A stretch of 64,000 nucleotides of DNA from Octopus sinensis (taxonomy: Eukaryota). The notes beneath the pieces were generated by a model. It was given only the letters and a program-made list of their open reading frames with translations. It had not been told where the DNA came from and ran no database searches. Shown here in pieces: positions 36,621-49,946 of this stretch. Position numbers and translations under genes: made by a program. Location of the stretch: contig NC_043004.1 in NCBI RefSeq assembly GCF_006345805.1, forward strand, positions 34,906,001-34,970,000, given 5' to 3'. Within the stretch, counting starts at the first letter, position 1, and each line of letters starts with the position of its first letter.

Positions 36621-36775
36621 GCAACAACAACATGGCAAAATACTTCAGGAATGAGAACTCAGGTTCAAAAATTCCCCAAGACACCTAATGAAAGATGGAG
36701 GGTATATCAGCCGAAACATGTGAACATCCATCAAATATAAATAATGCACATAATTCTTCATCTCTTAAATATAAA
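36503..36775 (+). mobile_element. tRNA-headed SINE-like element with (AAT)n spacer and decayed hammerhead-like tail
   Basis: Head tagtggttaagtgcgcaggctaccaacc..gagttcaattcc (A/B-box-like); tail GACAC-CTAATGA..CAGCC-GAAAC. Homologous to 311-525. Confidence 0.78.
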
Positions 36776-36931
36776 ATTGTAAGTGTGGTAGTTACTGCTA
36801 GAGACAATTCTTCAATTAGTCACAATAATAACAGCCTATTTGCAAACAAAAGCATTTCATTTAGTTACCTGTTATGGGGAGACGATGAAGTAATCACATC
36901 TCCTTAACCTCAAAGCCTATGTTACAATACC

Positions 36932-37139
36932 TTAACCCTTTTTACATTTAAACTGACCATAATATTCTACCTGTTTTATGTTCAGATTGGCCAGATGTGG
37001 CCTTTCTCACCTAGTCTACAATGTCATTCTAAAAAAAAAAATCACATCATTGAAATCTCAAAGTTACAAGATTAATTTTTAAAATTGTGAATAAATAAGC
37101 ATTACTTTTGATAGAATAATGTAAATATTAAAGGGTTAA
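36932..37139. mobile_element. TTAA-flanked MITE (piggyBac-type termini)
   Basis: TTAA-CCCTTT ... AAAGGG-TTAA. Confidence 0.65.
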
Positions 37140-37797
37140 TCTAAGGCTTGATCTCTTTCCCCAGGCTTTCTAGTCCATGACTGTATCCCTTTTTTATTAT
37201 CCCCTATTTTTGCCCTAACCTCCACAAGCTATTTTTAAACGAGCAACCAACACATTGTCTAGAGAACTTTATAATTGTTGTTGCTGTTGTTGTTTTTCTT
37301 CTACCACCACCACTACTACTACTACCACCAACACAGCTACTGCTGCTCCTGGTGGTGGCAATAACAATGGCAAAAATGATGACGATGACAATGAAGAAGA
37401 AGAAGAAAAATCCTCTTAAAGCTGACATTTTTTTGTTTAACAGAATTTATAGAGGCAGATTTTCTACAGATGGATACTCTTCCAGTTGCCAACCCTCATC
37501 TGCGACCAAGCAAAGTAATAGTCCCCTGGTTTATTGCACACCAAACAGCCCAGACACAAATGCGAGCCTTTTGTTTACTAAGATCAAGCAACCTATTCAG
37601 ATGTCAAGAATTTCAGACTTGATCAGAAAATTCCGGTCATGTTTTGGTTATCCATTAACCTTCATCTTCATGGTACCTGCTGAAGTAGTAATGAGAGAAG
37701 CCCTAAATATATATTCGTTGGTGTTGGAAAATAGAATTGTTTAGAGAATGAATAATTCAGCAATGCCATGTGCATGGAAACCAAAATGCCCACTGCA

Positions 37798-38021
37798 TTA
37801 ACCATTTTGTTACCAAATTTCTGCTGAAATAAACTGCTTTTGTTTCAATGACTTTTGAAAATAATGAAGAATTTAGTGAAATAATTTTGTTGTTTGGAAC
37901 ATAAATTAACCCGAAATTTTGATAGAAAGTTTGAATTTAAATTACTTTAAAACAGGATGTCTGTATCATAGCACCAAAGTTGGTCTTTGGCAGATTGGTG
38001 CCACAAGGGTTACATATGTTA
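37798..38021. mobile_element. TTAA/CCCTT-type MITE, second family, degenerate
   Basis: About 225 bp; inverted homology to 62768-62992 (aataatgaagaattta.., aaattttgat.gaaagt). Confidence 0.5.
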
Positions 38022-39894
38022 ATACTAACTTACCTATTGTTTTTCTTATGGCTGACGTGTCTGAATCATTTGTTTCTTATAAATAATTCCATTTCTCTCT
38101 GCCAACCAATATATAATCTTGTATATTTTACTTAGTGATTCTTTCATCACTACTTTGGTAAGTGCTGTGAATGAAACATTATGGAGATTTGATAGGTTTG
38201 ATTGATTGAAATCAAAATAATCCTGACACATATCTGGAATTATCTCTCATGATTGTCGGGGAAATCAGAAATAATCTTAGTCATTGGATAATACAGTTAT
38301 TTTATCCCACTACATAATTATTTTTGGTTAGCTTCTTTAATCCTCGGAACATTAAATATACTAACTTAGTACAAACTTAACTATTAAATTAAATCCATAT
38401 ATTTAGGCAAATGAAAAACATTTGTAAGTTTGCGTGATTCACTCAAGGATTTCAGAACAAGCATTATTTTCAATCACTTTAGATCCATTTAAGCACCACT
38501 ATAACAGGCTCAGGATATGTTTTCACAATAAAATATCACTGATGACAGAAGATTTGATGCCTTTACATTGAATTGCAATTATATTAATGTCTGTTTATCC
38601 CTCCCCAAATCCTAGAATGTGCTGTTGCTTATGGTTGTGCCACATAGCTTCCATGTTGAATTTTGTTGCATGTTGCTAAATGGGAGGCTTTCTTTTGCTT
38701 ATAACAATCAGCAAAGAATAAACAGCTTTTGTGTGCTGAGTTGAGCAATCTTCATAGAATGAGAACTAGTTAATGCACATTAACATGATTAACTGCAATT
38801 TGAAAGTCTATTAAGTGTATATGAGAAACAAGTCGTTTGATTTGGCACAAAAAGGAAATAAAGCCAAGACAATCCGAAAAATATAGAAATACAAGAGGAA
38901 ATTAAATTATTGAAATAATTTTGCAATTTCCGTAAGTGGCAAATATTTACAAATAATTTTAAAATGAAAATTGGAAGCACCATTCTTGAACATATAAATT
39001 TATCCTTCAAACTTATAACCTTCTTAAAAATCATCCAATGACATCACATGTCAAACTGATTGTCGCATTGCTATTGATTACTAAATTCTTAGAATCACTC
39101 AATTCTGTTAATTTTAATGCCCATTCTCACTATTTTGCTTTGGTTCCTGAAAGTATCAGAGCTAACCACCAACCCGATAACAATAACTCCTTCAATAATT
39201 GTTACAGTTCGTTCCCTCCACCTTTTATTCTTCAGCTGTTGTCAGATATCCCTACTGTATTCATTTTAAGTCTATAGAAATATTCATTTATTCATAAAAT
39301 CCAATCATTATATCTTCATTATGAATGTTGGAGCCCACTGAGACACAGCTTAACTGAAAATCATGGAATTTTCTACAAAATATTTTGTCTTCCTCTTTTC
39401 AATTCTTTCAGGACTAAATGCAGTGAATAGCTATTGTTATTTGTAATATGTTGGAGTTGTTGTATTGTTTTGTTATGTCTCCTCCTCTCCTCCACACATA
39501 ATCATCATCATCATCGTCAACAACAGCAACAATATCATCACAATTATTTTGTCATTTAGTTTGTTATGTCAATATTTTTCTTTGTGTGTGTGTGTGTGAG
39601 AGTTATACCAGATCAGATTATTATAATCAATCTTAAAATACATTCTGAAGCTCTAAATATACTATAACAAGTGACTTTTGCTTGAATATTTGTTGTGATT
39701 GGACTGGGCTTTAGGGAAAGACTGTTGGCTATAAATATAAGGAGTTAATTTAGTTTTAACAGATTTAATATGGGAAACATTAAAAGGCTAACTAGAAATA
39801 TGCATAAACAATGAGGAAAATAACAATACCAGTCAACGATTAATATTATTTGTATTTATCATCATCATCATCATTATTATCATAATCATCATCA

Positions 39895-40415
39895 TTTAAT
39901 GTCCACATTCCGTTCTAGCATGGTTTGGACAGTTTGACAGGGAACCAGTAAGCTGCAGAGCTGTATCAGGCTCCAATGCCATCTTTGGCATGGTTTCTAC
40001 AGCTGGATGCCTTTCCTAATGCCAACCACTCTCCAGAGTGTATTGGGTACTTTTTATGTGCCACTGGCACAAGTGAAGTTGCTATGAAATTTGCAAGACA
40101 GAAAAGAAAACGAAAAAGTTCCCACAACAGAGAGGAAGAATTTGGAAGGGGAAGGTGGGGGTGAGTGGCTTTGGTTTATATCACCAGGTGTTAAAAGTCT
40201 GATAGAGAGACAAGTACAGGTGTCTGTCTATAGAGGAGACACATGGTGAAGTGAGATCAAATAAAGGTAGTGATGGGATGCAAGAGCAAACCCTCAGAGT
40301 ACAAGAAGATGAGTGTAAGAGAGGACATGGAAAGTGGTTCATGGGAAGGGATGGGAGAGTGTGTGGGTGTTTTCATTGGAGTGTGAAAGGGGAGTAAACG
40401 GGTTTTGAAGACAGC
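39895..40415 (-). mobile_element. RTE-derived 3'UTR element with (CAT)n tail and purine-rich body
   Basis: tttaatgtccacattccgttctagcatgg...tttctacagctggatgcc; it truncates the adjacent mariner. Confidence 0.7.
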
Positions 40416-40416
40416 A

Positions 40417-41450
40417 GAATAAATGATAAATCAGATGGGTCAATGTCCGGCAAATATGGTGGGTGGGGCATCATTTTTCCCATTCAAACTACTCCAACCT
40501 TTGGAATGTCATCCTCACTGGATGTGGCTAAGCACTATCCTGATGAAAGAACACCTTTCGTCTTGAAACCAAAGATGGTCGTTTTTCTTCTAGCACTGAC
40601 TTAAGCCACTCAAGCTGCTCACAGTAGATCTCCTTTGTTATTGTTTGGTTTGTGTTTAAAAGTTCAAAGTGGACTAAACCTTTCATATCCCATCAAACAG
40701 ATAACACCTTACATGGGTGAAGACCTTCTTTAGCCTGGGGTGTTGGTGTTTCTCCTTTCTCTACTCACTGTCTTTGGCACTTGACATTTTTATAGAGGAC
40801 CCATTTCTCGTCAGCCGTCACTATTTGGTCTAAAAATGGTTCATATGTGAGATGTGACAGCAAAGAAGAGCACACAGTCACTACCTCACTCTGCACGATT
40901 AGACTTGGAAAGTTTGTGAGGAATCCATTAACCCAGTTTGCTGACTTTGTTGCAAGTGTCAGTGAATGTTTGAATGACCTAATCCAAGCTTCTCTGCTAG
41001 TTCCTCAACAGTTACGATGGGATTTTGTTCCACCAGGTTTTGCAGGATGTCCTTGCCGAGCTCTACAGATCTTCCAGGATGAGGCTCATTTATAAGCTGG
41101 TAGTTTCCGGCTCAGAATTTCTAGAACCACTGTTGACATTGGCTTATGCTTATTGTCTGCCCACCATATACTGCATTAATATTCTTCACACTTTTTGTTG
41201 TGCTGTTGCCTTTATTGAACTCATAAAGCAAAATATACCAAATATGCTCCTTTGTAACTTCTATTACAGCTTTGAAAAAAATAACTGTTAATATTGAATT
41301 GCACTCTTCAAAACTTGCACTAAGAATAAGGACAAGGTAAAATTACTGCCTGCTTTTATAGCCAGTTCATGCAGGTAGTTTATCCCATCCCCCTCAGATT
41401 TTTAATTCATGCAATTGAAAAAATTGCATTATCTATGGGATGACCCAATA
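40417..41450 (-). mobile_element. decayed mariner (DD34D-type) transposon, 3' end truncated
   Basis: Minus strand: 5' TIR TA-TTGGGTCATCCCATAGATAATG; multi-stop ORF EHIWYILLYEFNKG..HPGRS..WIPHKL..IVTADEKWVLY..LHP..HQDSA*PH..HPPYLPDIDPSD. Confidence 0.92.
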
Positions 41451-42263
41451 GATGTGAGACAATTCCTCCCTGGATAAGAAGTCAGTTTATGGCCAGTAAC
41501 TCTCCTATGAGAAGCAGCATGACATAATGCCTGCTACAAACCAACAAAACTGCTATTTTGCAATGCTAATGTTGCTTACATTAACAAACCTTGACCTACT
41601 GAAAAGGGTCATTTAGAGTTGCATTGGCTGTGTGCACAGCATAAAATCGGTTACAAGACATGAAACATCAGCAGCTCATTGTTTAATGATGAATGTGATG
41701 ATGCTCTGCTGTTTAATGACAATGAGAATAGGGAGAATTAGGATGTTAATGATCAGGATAATTATTATAATGAAGTCAATGATAGAAATGAAGATAACAA
41801 TACATTGGTCGTAATAATGATTCTATATTGATTGATATAATTTGGCAAATAAACTGAACTTGCAGAAATACACACACACACACACACACACACAGTGAGT
41901 GCTAATGAGATACTCATATATGCATGTGTTGTTGCTGCTGATGACGATGATGATGATGATGTTGTTGTCATTGTTCTTTTTATACTGAACCTTTTTGTTG
42001 TTTTGATTTCTAGAAATGTGTTCATCAGAGAATAGTTAAAAGAATAAAAAGGTAGACGTCTAGCTTTTGTCATTTATCTAGCATTAATGAGTCCTTATAC
42101 AGTATTGTCGCTTATACAACATTAATCAGAGCTTGGAGAAAGGCATGAATGTAACAGCCATCGCTGCATCCTCCTTGTCATTAATAAGAAGATAGGTCAG
42201 CTATACGTCAATAAGCAACTAAACATTCATTTCTGAAGAATCTGAAACGAGTTGATATTTTAT

Positions 42264-42600
42264 GCATGGTGAGAATTTTGCTTCCCAACCATGTGGTTCT
42301 GGGCTCAGTTCCCCACTGTGTAGCACCTTGGGCAAGTGTCTTCTACTATAGCCCTGGGCCAACCAAAACCTTATCAATGGATTTGGTAGAAGCTTGTCAT
42401 GTGTGTGTGTGTGTGTGTGTGTTTCTGTGTTTCCTCCACCACCACTGCCAGTTGGCAACTGGTGTTAGTGCATTTACATCCCCGTAATTTAGTGGTTCAA
42501 CAACAGAGGCTGACAGAATAAGTACCAGGCTTTATAAGTAAAATGTCCTGGGATTCAATTCATTCAACTAAAATTCTTCAAGACAGTGCCCCAGCACATG
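42264..42600 (+). mobile_element. tRNA-derived SINE (dominant family), diverged
   Basis: Head and body match the family. Confidence 0.8.
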
Positions 42601-42794
42601 CACACACACACATGCACACAATGTATGCCAGCATGGAAAACAGTAGTTAAATGATCATGATGATATATGTGTATATATATATATATACATAATTAATCAA
42701 TATAGGGTGGCAAGGAAAATTTTGTAGAATTTTATTGCCACCAGCGGCCCAGCGGGAAAAAAATTAAATAGTCATAGACCATTTTTAAGTTCAC

Positions 42795-43038
42795 ATTAAC
42801 AATTAAGGAACGGCCATAATAGGCCATTCACCCACTAGAAATAACAGCCAAAGCTTCTACCGCAAATAAGATCAATTCCGTAACAGGAGAAAATTAAAAA
42901 AACATTTACCCTGAAATTACAGGGTAAATGTTTTTTTAATTTTCTCCTGTTTACGGAATTGATCTTTATTTGCGGTAGAAGCTTTGGCTGTTATTTCTAG
43001 TGGGTGAATGGCCTATTATGGCCGTTCCTTAATTGTTA

Positions 43039-43040
<2 letters not shown>
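42795..43040. repeat. 246-bp near-perfect palindrome
   Basis: Arms at 42795-42913 and 42920-43040, loop AAATTA, two 1-nt bulges only. Confidence 0.96.
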
Positions 43041-43070
<30 letters not shown>

Positions 43071-43090
43071 TATATATTTATGTGTGTGTT

Positions 43091-43121
<31 letters not shown>

Positions 43122-43126
<5 letters not shown>

Positions 43127-43220
43127 AAATTTAGAGGACTGACCACTAAAAATATGGACAGCCTATATCTAGCATATAGACTGTCCATTTTTTTAGTGGT
43201 CAGTCCTCTAAATTTTGTAT
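43122..43220. repeat. hairpin with 46-bp arms
   Basis: Arms at 43122-43167 and 43175-43220, loop TCTAGCA, 2 mismatches. Confidence 0.95.
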
Positions 43221-43305
43221 GTAAAAAAATTTTTAATCTTCGGATTTTTTTCAAATATGCTAGGCCACTGGTTTTAATTGATCAATATCAATTTCTACCC
43301 TTATT

Positions 43306-43341
<36 letters not shown>

Positions 43342-43343
<2 letters not shown>

Positions 43344-43540
43344 CAGGCTTCTTTCAATTTCCATTTACAAAATTCACTCTGTCAGGGATTCTTTCAGTTT
43401 CCATTCAAGAAATCCACTCACAAGGCCTTGGTTGATCTGGGGCAATAGTAGAAGACACTTGCCCAAGGTGTCACACAGTGGTACTGAAGCCAGAACCATG
43501 TAGTTGAGAAGAAAACTTACCACACAGCCATGCATGTGCC
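43342..43540 (-). mobile_element. 5' half of dominant SINE
   Basis: Matches the head region of 8480-8666. Confidence 0.8.
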
Positions 43541-44593
43541 TGTTTGAAATAAAATGGCAATTTCTTGAAGAATAAACTCAGTATTCTTACAGCCACTTAT
43601 ACCACAAATAGACATCCTTAACTGTACACTTGACAATTTTTGGAGGAGTCTCACCCTCTGGGTAGTTACATGGCTTTCTTAGTAGAAAGAGTTAGCATTG
43701 TTGCTTGGTTCTTGATGGCTTCCAGAAAACTCATTTTCCTCTTTTCAAGACTTCTTAAGCTAACAAATTCCAGGATTTATCTGTTGAAAGCCTCTTTCAT
43801 GTTTGTCTTTCTATCTTTCCATAAAGCAACATATTTCGTTTGCATCAAATATTTTCAATATTATTTTTTATAGAATCTATCAGTTGATTCTTCATAACCA
43901 CAGAAATAATACTCCAATTATTTTTAGCTTATAAAACTAAATTCTCATTTTGTTTTCTACATACAACAGCTCAATCTTCATAATTTTTCCTTCAAATTTT
44001 TGCCATAAGAAACTACGGCACTTATTTCTCAGATAAACACACACATATTTTGTTGTCATTTTTCTTGCAGCCAAGCTGATATATTATTTCTATTTCGATC
44101 CAATTAATAATTTTTGCACTACACCAAACAGCCCTCATTACCCAAAATTTAATTAAATCAGAAAAGTTTTTGTAGCATTAATTTCATTTTTAAACACTAA
44201 TTTTATTGTTTCTCATATATATTTTCTCATCTTTGCTTCAATTACCTGATTTAACTCTTCAATTTCAAGCTAGATTCATTCCATTCAAAACCTACAGTTT
44301 TATTCCTTCTAATACAGTTCAGATGTTTGAGGTTTTATTTTTTCTTTAATATTAAACATTATAAGAAAACATAGGTGCAAGTGTGGTAAGAAATTTGCTT
44401 CCCAACCATATAGCTCTGGGTTCAGTCCCACTGCATGGCACCTTGGTCAAGTGTCTTCTACTGTAGGCTCAGTGTGTGTGTCTCCTCTAGAATGGACGAA
44501 AGTGCTAATATATGATATATGATATATAAAAACATGTAACATACTAATATGCAGATTTCTGAGTACCTCATTTCTTCTAACATATATATATAA

Positions 44594-44642
<49 letters not shown>

Positions 44643-47496
44643 AAAATAGTATGTCACAATTACTCGGTAGCCAAGATAAAACTACCGAGTAACTGTCACA
44701 TATATTCCTCTATTTACATAATATTGAGGTCTCTTTCTTTCTTTTGTTATCTTATCATTTTTACCGGTATATATATGTGTGTGTGTGTATGTAATTATAT
44801 ATGTATGTGTGTGTGTGTGTGTGTCCTCCACTGCTTGATAACTAGTCTTGGTGTGTTTTGGATTGCATAACTATGTGGTTTGGCGCAAAGGAGATCAATT
44901 GAAACAAGTCAGAAATGAAAGATAGGCACAGATTTTGCTGTGTGGAGGCTCATTGTATGTATGTGGATGTGATTCTTGCCCCACCACCACCACCGCAACT
45001 GCTTCATAACCAGTGTAGCTTTGTTTGCGTCCCTGTAAATAACTGGTTCAGCACAAAAGGTGAGCAACAGGATAAACTGACACTCCGTCAGTTATGGCAA
45101 TGAGTGTTCTAATCAACAGAACAGCCTGATAATGAAATTAACATGCATGTGACTGAGTGCCCCACAGACCGTCAACATAGTTGTCAAGAAGATTCAGCAT
45201 GACACAGGATGTGACAAGGCTGGCCCCTTTTGAATTACAGGTACAACTCAATTTTGCCAACTGAATGGACTGGAGCAACATAAAGTAAAGTGTCTTGCTC
45301 AAGGACACTGCCAGGAATTGAACTCACAATCTTACAATTGTGAGCCAAATACCTCTACCTACTAAGCTCTGTGTCTTCATAGTGAAGACACACACTTATA
45401 TATGTCTGATAAGCCCCCACACTGTCTACCAAATTTTAATCCCAAAATTTCAATGAACCCATGGTTAAATACTTGCTTAAGGTGTTGAGCTGTTTAAGGT
45501 TCAAACTGAAAACCAAACTGCTGTAAAGTTGTTCACCATTCACCTATTCTTGTACACATATACATACGCCCAGACGGACCTCTCCAACACACTCACAAGA
45601 CTAGCATTGTGTATAGGATATCACAGATAAAATAGTGTAAGAATAATACAGATCATATCGCATGCTTACAAATTGAAAGACATTGTGAATGAAAGAAAAT
45701 CAAAGGTGAATGAACAGCAAGTATTTATAATTGTGATGCTAATTTTTCAGTGCTTTTAGAATAAATATTTAGTGAATACAAGTTTCTAAATTAATGCTAT
45801 AACAGTTCTTGATAAAATCAATAAGTATTTATTATCAAATTTAATAATAGCACTCCAAGATGAAATGAAGGTAAAGTAATGGATTTGATACTGTAACACA
45901 TAAGGGAAGGCATTAGTTGCTGCTGCTGCTGTGTGGTTAACAACTTGTTTTATAAACATAGGATTCAGCTTAGTTTCCAGTGAACAGCAACTTGAGTGTG
46001 TGTCTTTCACAGTAACCTGTTGCTATTGACTAAAATTTTGTGAATAGAGTTTAACGGATGGAAATTGTGCAGAAGCCCCATGCGCATGTGTGTATGTGTT
46101 TGTGTATGTTTGTGTAGGGCCAAACCCTTACCTAGAAAAAAGACAAGGTTACTGAGAAACATCAATGATAATTCAAAACCAAGAAGACTTAGATGAGGAA
46201 AAGACAGTCTGGAGTTGGGAACTATGGAGAAAGGTTGTTAATGACTGATGACGGACAGCGAATAAAAGGCTTAATTAAATAAATAATGAAAAATAGATTC
46301 CATTGCTGTTTTTACACAGTAGGTCAGCAACCTGATAATTCAACTCACTTGGTTCTTATTTAGCAGCTTCCATTTCCAAGCAGTGCCTCCAAAAATCTAC
46401 AATAGCCTACAACAGGTCTTTTATATAATTAAAATCTCATCATCATCATCATCTAGGAAGCGAAATTGATTTTTGATGTGCATCATGCCATATCTTGTTA
46501 TATTATGACTCCCAATGAATTATATTGACTGCAAATTTTGGCACAAGGAAGATATTGTAGGTCAATTATATCTACTCCAGTAGAAAACTGGTATCTATTT
46601 TATCAAGCTTGAAATTATGAAAGGCAAAATCGATCTCAGCAGAATTTGAAGTGGAAACATAAAGACCAACAAAATATCACGAAATATTTTGCTTAGCATG
46701 CTAAACCTTCAGCCAGTTCATCACCTTTCAGAATGCAATGGATTCATATTAATAAAGACGTGAACAAAGTTTACAAATGAGAATTCTCATGAACCAGAAA
46801 TGGTAAGTAAGCAAAATTATATGATGCAAGAATGGTGGTGTGGAGACCATTGCCATTCAGTGGGGAGATTTTCATCAAAGTCAGCAAGCATGTTTTAATG
46901 TTTATATCACAAAGACTAGAGGCTTGGAGAATGAGTAGAGAGGGCAAGGTATACACAAGGGACAGATAGGGGTATGAAAACAAGACATGTGTTAAGTGTT
47001 AATATGGGATCAGGGGTTAGAACAACAACTAAAGTTGGGTCAGCTGAAACAATAGTAATGATAATAATAATATTAATATGTTGTTCTATATCAAACAGCT
47101 GAGCCATTTGAATAATTTTGCCTTATATCCTAATTTGGTTTCATAGTTCATTGTCACCTTTATTAATGTTTATATATAGCATTTCTTTCTATGCAGCCAA
47201 CAGTTCCAATGGTCTGTCATACATTATATCATTACACTTCAAAAATGTTTCACATATATGCATGTATATCTATCTATCTATCTATATATATATATAAACA
47301 CACACACATTTTAATTAATAGTAGAGATGGATTTTGTTAGGTACAACATGTTTCAACTCATCAGTCTTAGTCTCTTCAGGTACATTGATAAAGAAGTCTT
47401 ACATTTAGATACACTAATCTAATTATACGTATTGTCATTTTCTATTATTATATATATACATATATGTACATGTATATATATATATATATGTGTGTG

Positions 47497-47540
<44 letters not shown>

Positions 47541-47743
47541 CATATATATATATATATGCATACATATATATATATACATACATATATACATACATATATA
47601 CATACATATACATGTGTATATATAAACATATATATATATATCTAATGTAGGATAAAATTTTTTTCGAAAAAAATATTCTTTTCCCAAAAAAAATTTTATC
47701 AATGGCCAGCATATCAAAAAATACCTTTAAAGGTTAAATCTAC

Positions 47744-47985
47744 AAACAATTCATAATTAAGGGCAAACGAAAAAATTTCTAATGCCAGATATGCCGAAAA
47801 ATTGGACATATTGTCCATTATCAGTCCGATGTGGTAATAATGGAATGGTTTAGAAATTTCTGTCGACCTTTTTTCGAGTAGCGTGCATATTGTGAAAAAT
47901 TATATGGTTAATGGACAATATGTCCAATTTTTCGGCATATCTGGCATTAGAAATTTTTTCGTTTGCCCTTAATTATGAATTGTTT
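47744..47985. repeat. perfect 77-bp inverted repeat with 88-nt spacer
   Basis: Arms at 47744-47820 and 47909-47985; each contains the internal palindrome TGGACA-nnn-TGTCCA. Confidence 0.96.
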
Positions 47986-48018
47986 ATAAACATATATATA
48001 TATATATATACACATACA

Positions 48019-48056
<38 letters not shown>

Positions 48057-48619
48057 CATATATACATACATACATATATATATTTAAATATATACATATA
48101 CTTAATATATATATATACATATATACCACCCCCCATATATATATATATAAATCTAAATGTAAACAGAGTTAGTGGTTTTAATAACTGACTAAGGGATAAA
48201 ATATCCGTATATACTATTGGTATTTGTTACCTGTATTATCCCTGGGCAATGGTGTGCAGGCACACCATACAGGTAGACACCTATTTGTCTAAGCCATGTT
48301 TTCTTTCCTCTTCTTTCTTGCTTTTGTTTATATTGTTTTTCACTCTGATGATCTGTTACCTTAATTGGAACGCCCTATGAAGATGAAGAACTTATTCTTG
48401 CATTTATGTATAGACTGCATTTTGGCAATCCGATCACTAATGGCTGTAAGATATGTTACGTCACCTAGTTTGCTGTGTGATGCTTTCTATTAAAAGATAA
48501 GCTATAAATGTGGTCCAATGGATGTGTTGGTCAAACTGTGGTTTTCTCCATTTTCCAATAATTTGTATATATATATATATAGTTCCGCATAGCCCCAGCC
48601 CATTCAAAGTACCTTGGAT

Positions 48620-49032
48620 TTCAGAACAACCTGCTGTGCTTGAGGAGACCTATTGAGTCAAGTACATGAACATCGAAATAAATATCAAATGAAAATAGTA
48701 GTTGTGATACCTGTGCTGGTGGCACATAAAAAGCACCATCTGAACGTGGCCGATGCCAGCGCCGCCTTGACTGGCTTCTGTGCCGGTGGCATGTAAAAAG
48801 CACCATCCAAACGTGGTCGATGCCAGCACTGCCTTGACTGGCTTCTGTGCTGGTCGCATGTAAAAAGCACCCACTACACTCACAGAGTGGTTGGCATTAG
48901 GAAGGGCATCCAGCTGTTGAAACACTGCCAGATCAGACTGGAGCCTGGTGCAGCCTCCTGGCTTCCAAGACCCCGGTCGAACCGTCCAACCCATGCTAGC
49001 ATGGAAAACGGACGTTAAACGATGATGATGAT
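48620..49032 (+). mobile_element. RTE 3' end (ORF2 tip, ~60-bp subrepeats, (GAT)n tail)
   Basis: cttgaggagacc..., repeated gccggtggcatgtaaaaagcacc, then tail. Confidence 0.88.
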
Positions 49033-49527
49033 GATATATATAAGCAAAGCAAAATCTCAAGAAGAGGTCATAGTAGCTACACATACATACAAACATACAT
49101 ACATGCATACATACATACATACATACATACATACATACATACATACATACATACATACATACATGCATACAGATAAAGAGAGAGATGGAGATATATATGC
49201 ATGTGTGTGTGTGTGTGTGCGTGCGTGTGTGTGTGTGTGCAAATAGATGTCAAACAACAAATTCAGGAACCACAACAATAGTTAAATGAACATAAAAAGT
49301 AAATACAAGGCTATGTATGTGTGTATATATATTCTTATCTCTTCTTACCAAGTTCCATTATCGTTTTGCACATTTCCCAGCATTCCTTTTAGTTTTTCTC
49401 TTCAAGTTGATTATTACTTGTTATTTAACCATGATTTCCCCTTATCAGTTCTCCCTCCACCTCTCTTACTCCTTTATTCTTCTACATATTTATCCCTACT
49501 CTCACTACACCCCAACACAAAGTAAAC

Positions 49528-49749
49528 ACTCTTTTACTCTTTTACTTGTTTCAGTCATTTGACTGCGGCCATGCTGGAGCACAGCCTTTAGTCGAGCAAC
49601 TCGACCCCGGGACTTATTCTTTTGTAAGCCCAGTACTTATTCTATCAGTCTCTTTTACCGAACCGCTAAGTAACGGGGACATAAACACACCAGCATCGGT
49701 TGTCAAGCAATGCTAGGGGACAAACACAGACACACAAACACACACACGC

Positions 49750-49780
<31 letters not shown>

Positions 49781-49946
49781 TACGACGGGCTTCTTTCAGT
49801 TTCCGTCTACCAAATCCACTCACAAGGCTTTGGTCGGCCCGAGGCTATAGTAGAAGATACTTGCCCAAGGTGCCATGCAGTGGGACTGAACCCGGAACCA
49901 TGTGGTTGGTAGACAAACTACTTACCACACAGCCACTCCTGCGCCT
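49528..49946 (-). mobile_element. full-length, young-looking tRNA-derived SINE
   Basis: Same family as 8262; it retains many CpGs. Confidence 0.92.

Noticed and set aside
37352-37744. 130-aa ORF, one of the longer non-microsatellite-looking ORFs
   Set aside because: It starts in a trinucleotide tract and its middle is the RTE 3'UTR motif (tttctacag.tggat.c.cttcc.gttgccaaccc).
39038-39277. 79-aa ORF with a signal-peptide-like N-terminus (MTSHVKLIVALLLIT)
   Set aside because: No recognisable domain, processing sites or splice support; cannot be distinguished from a random ORF.
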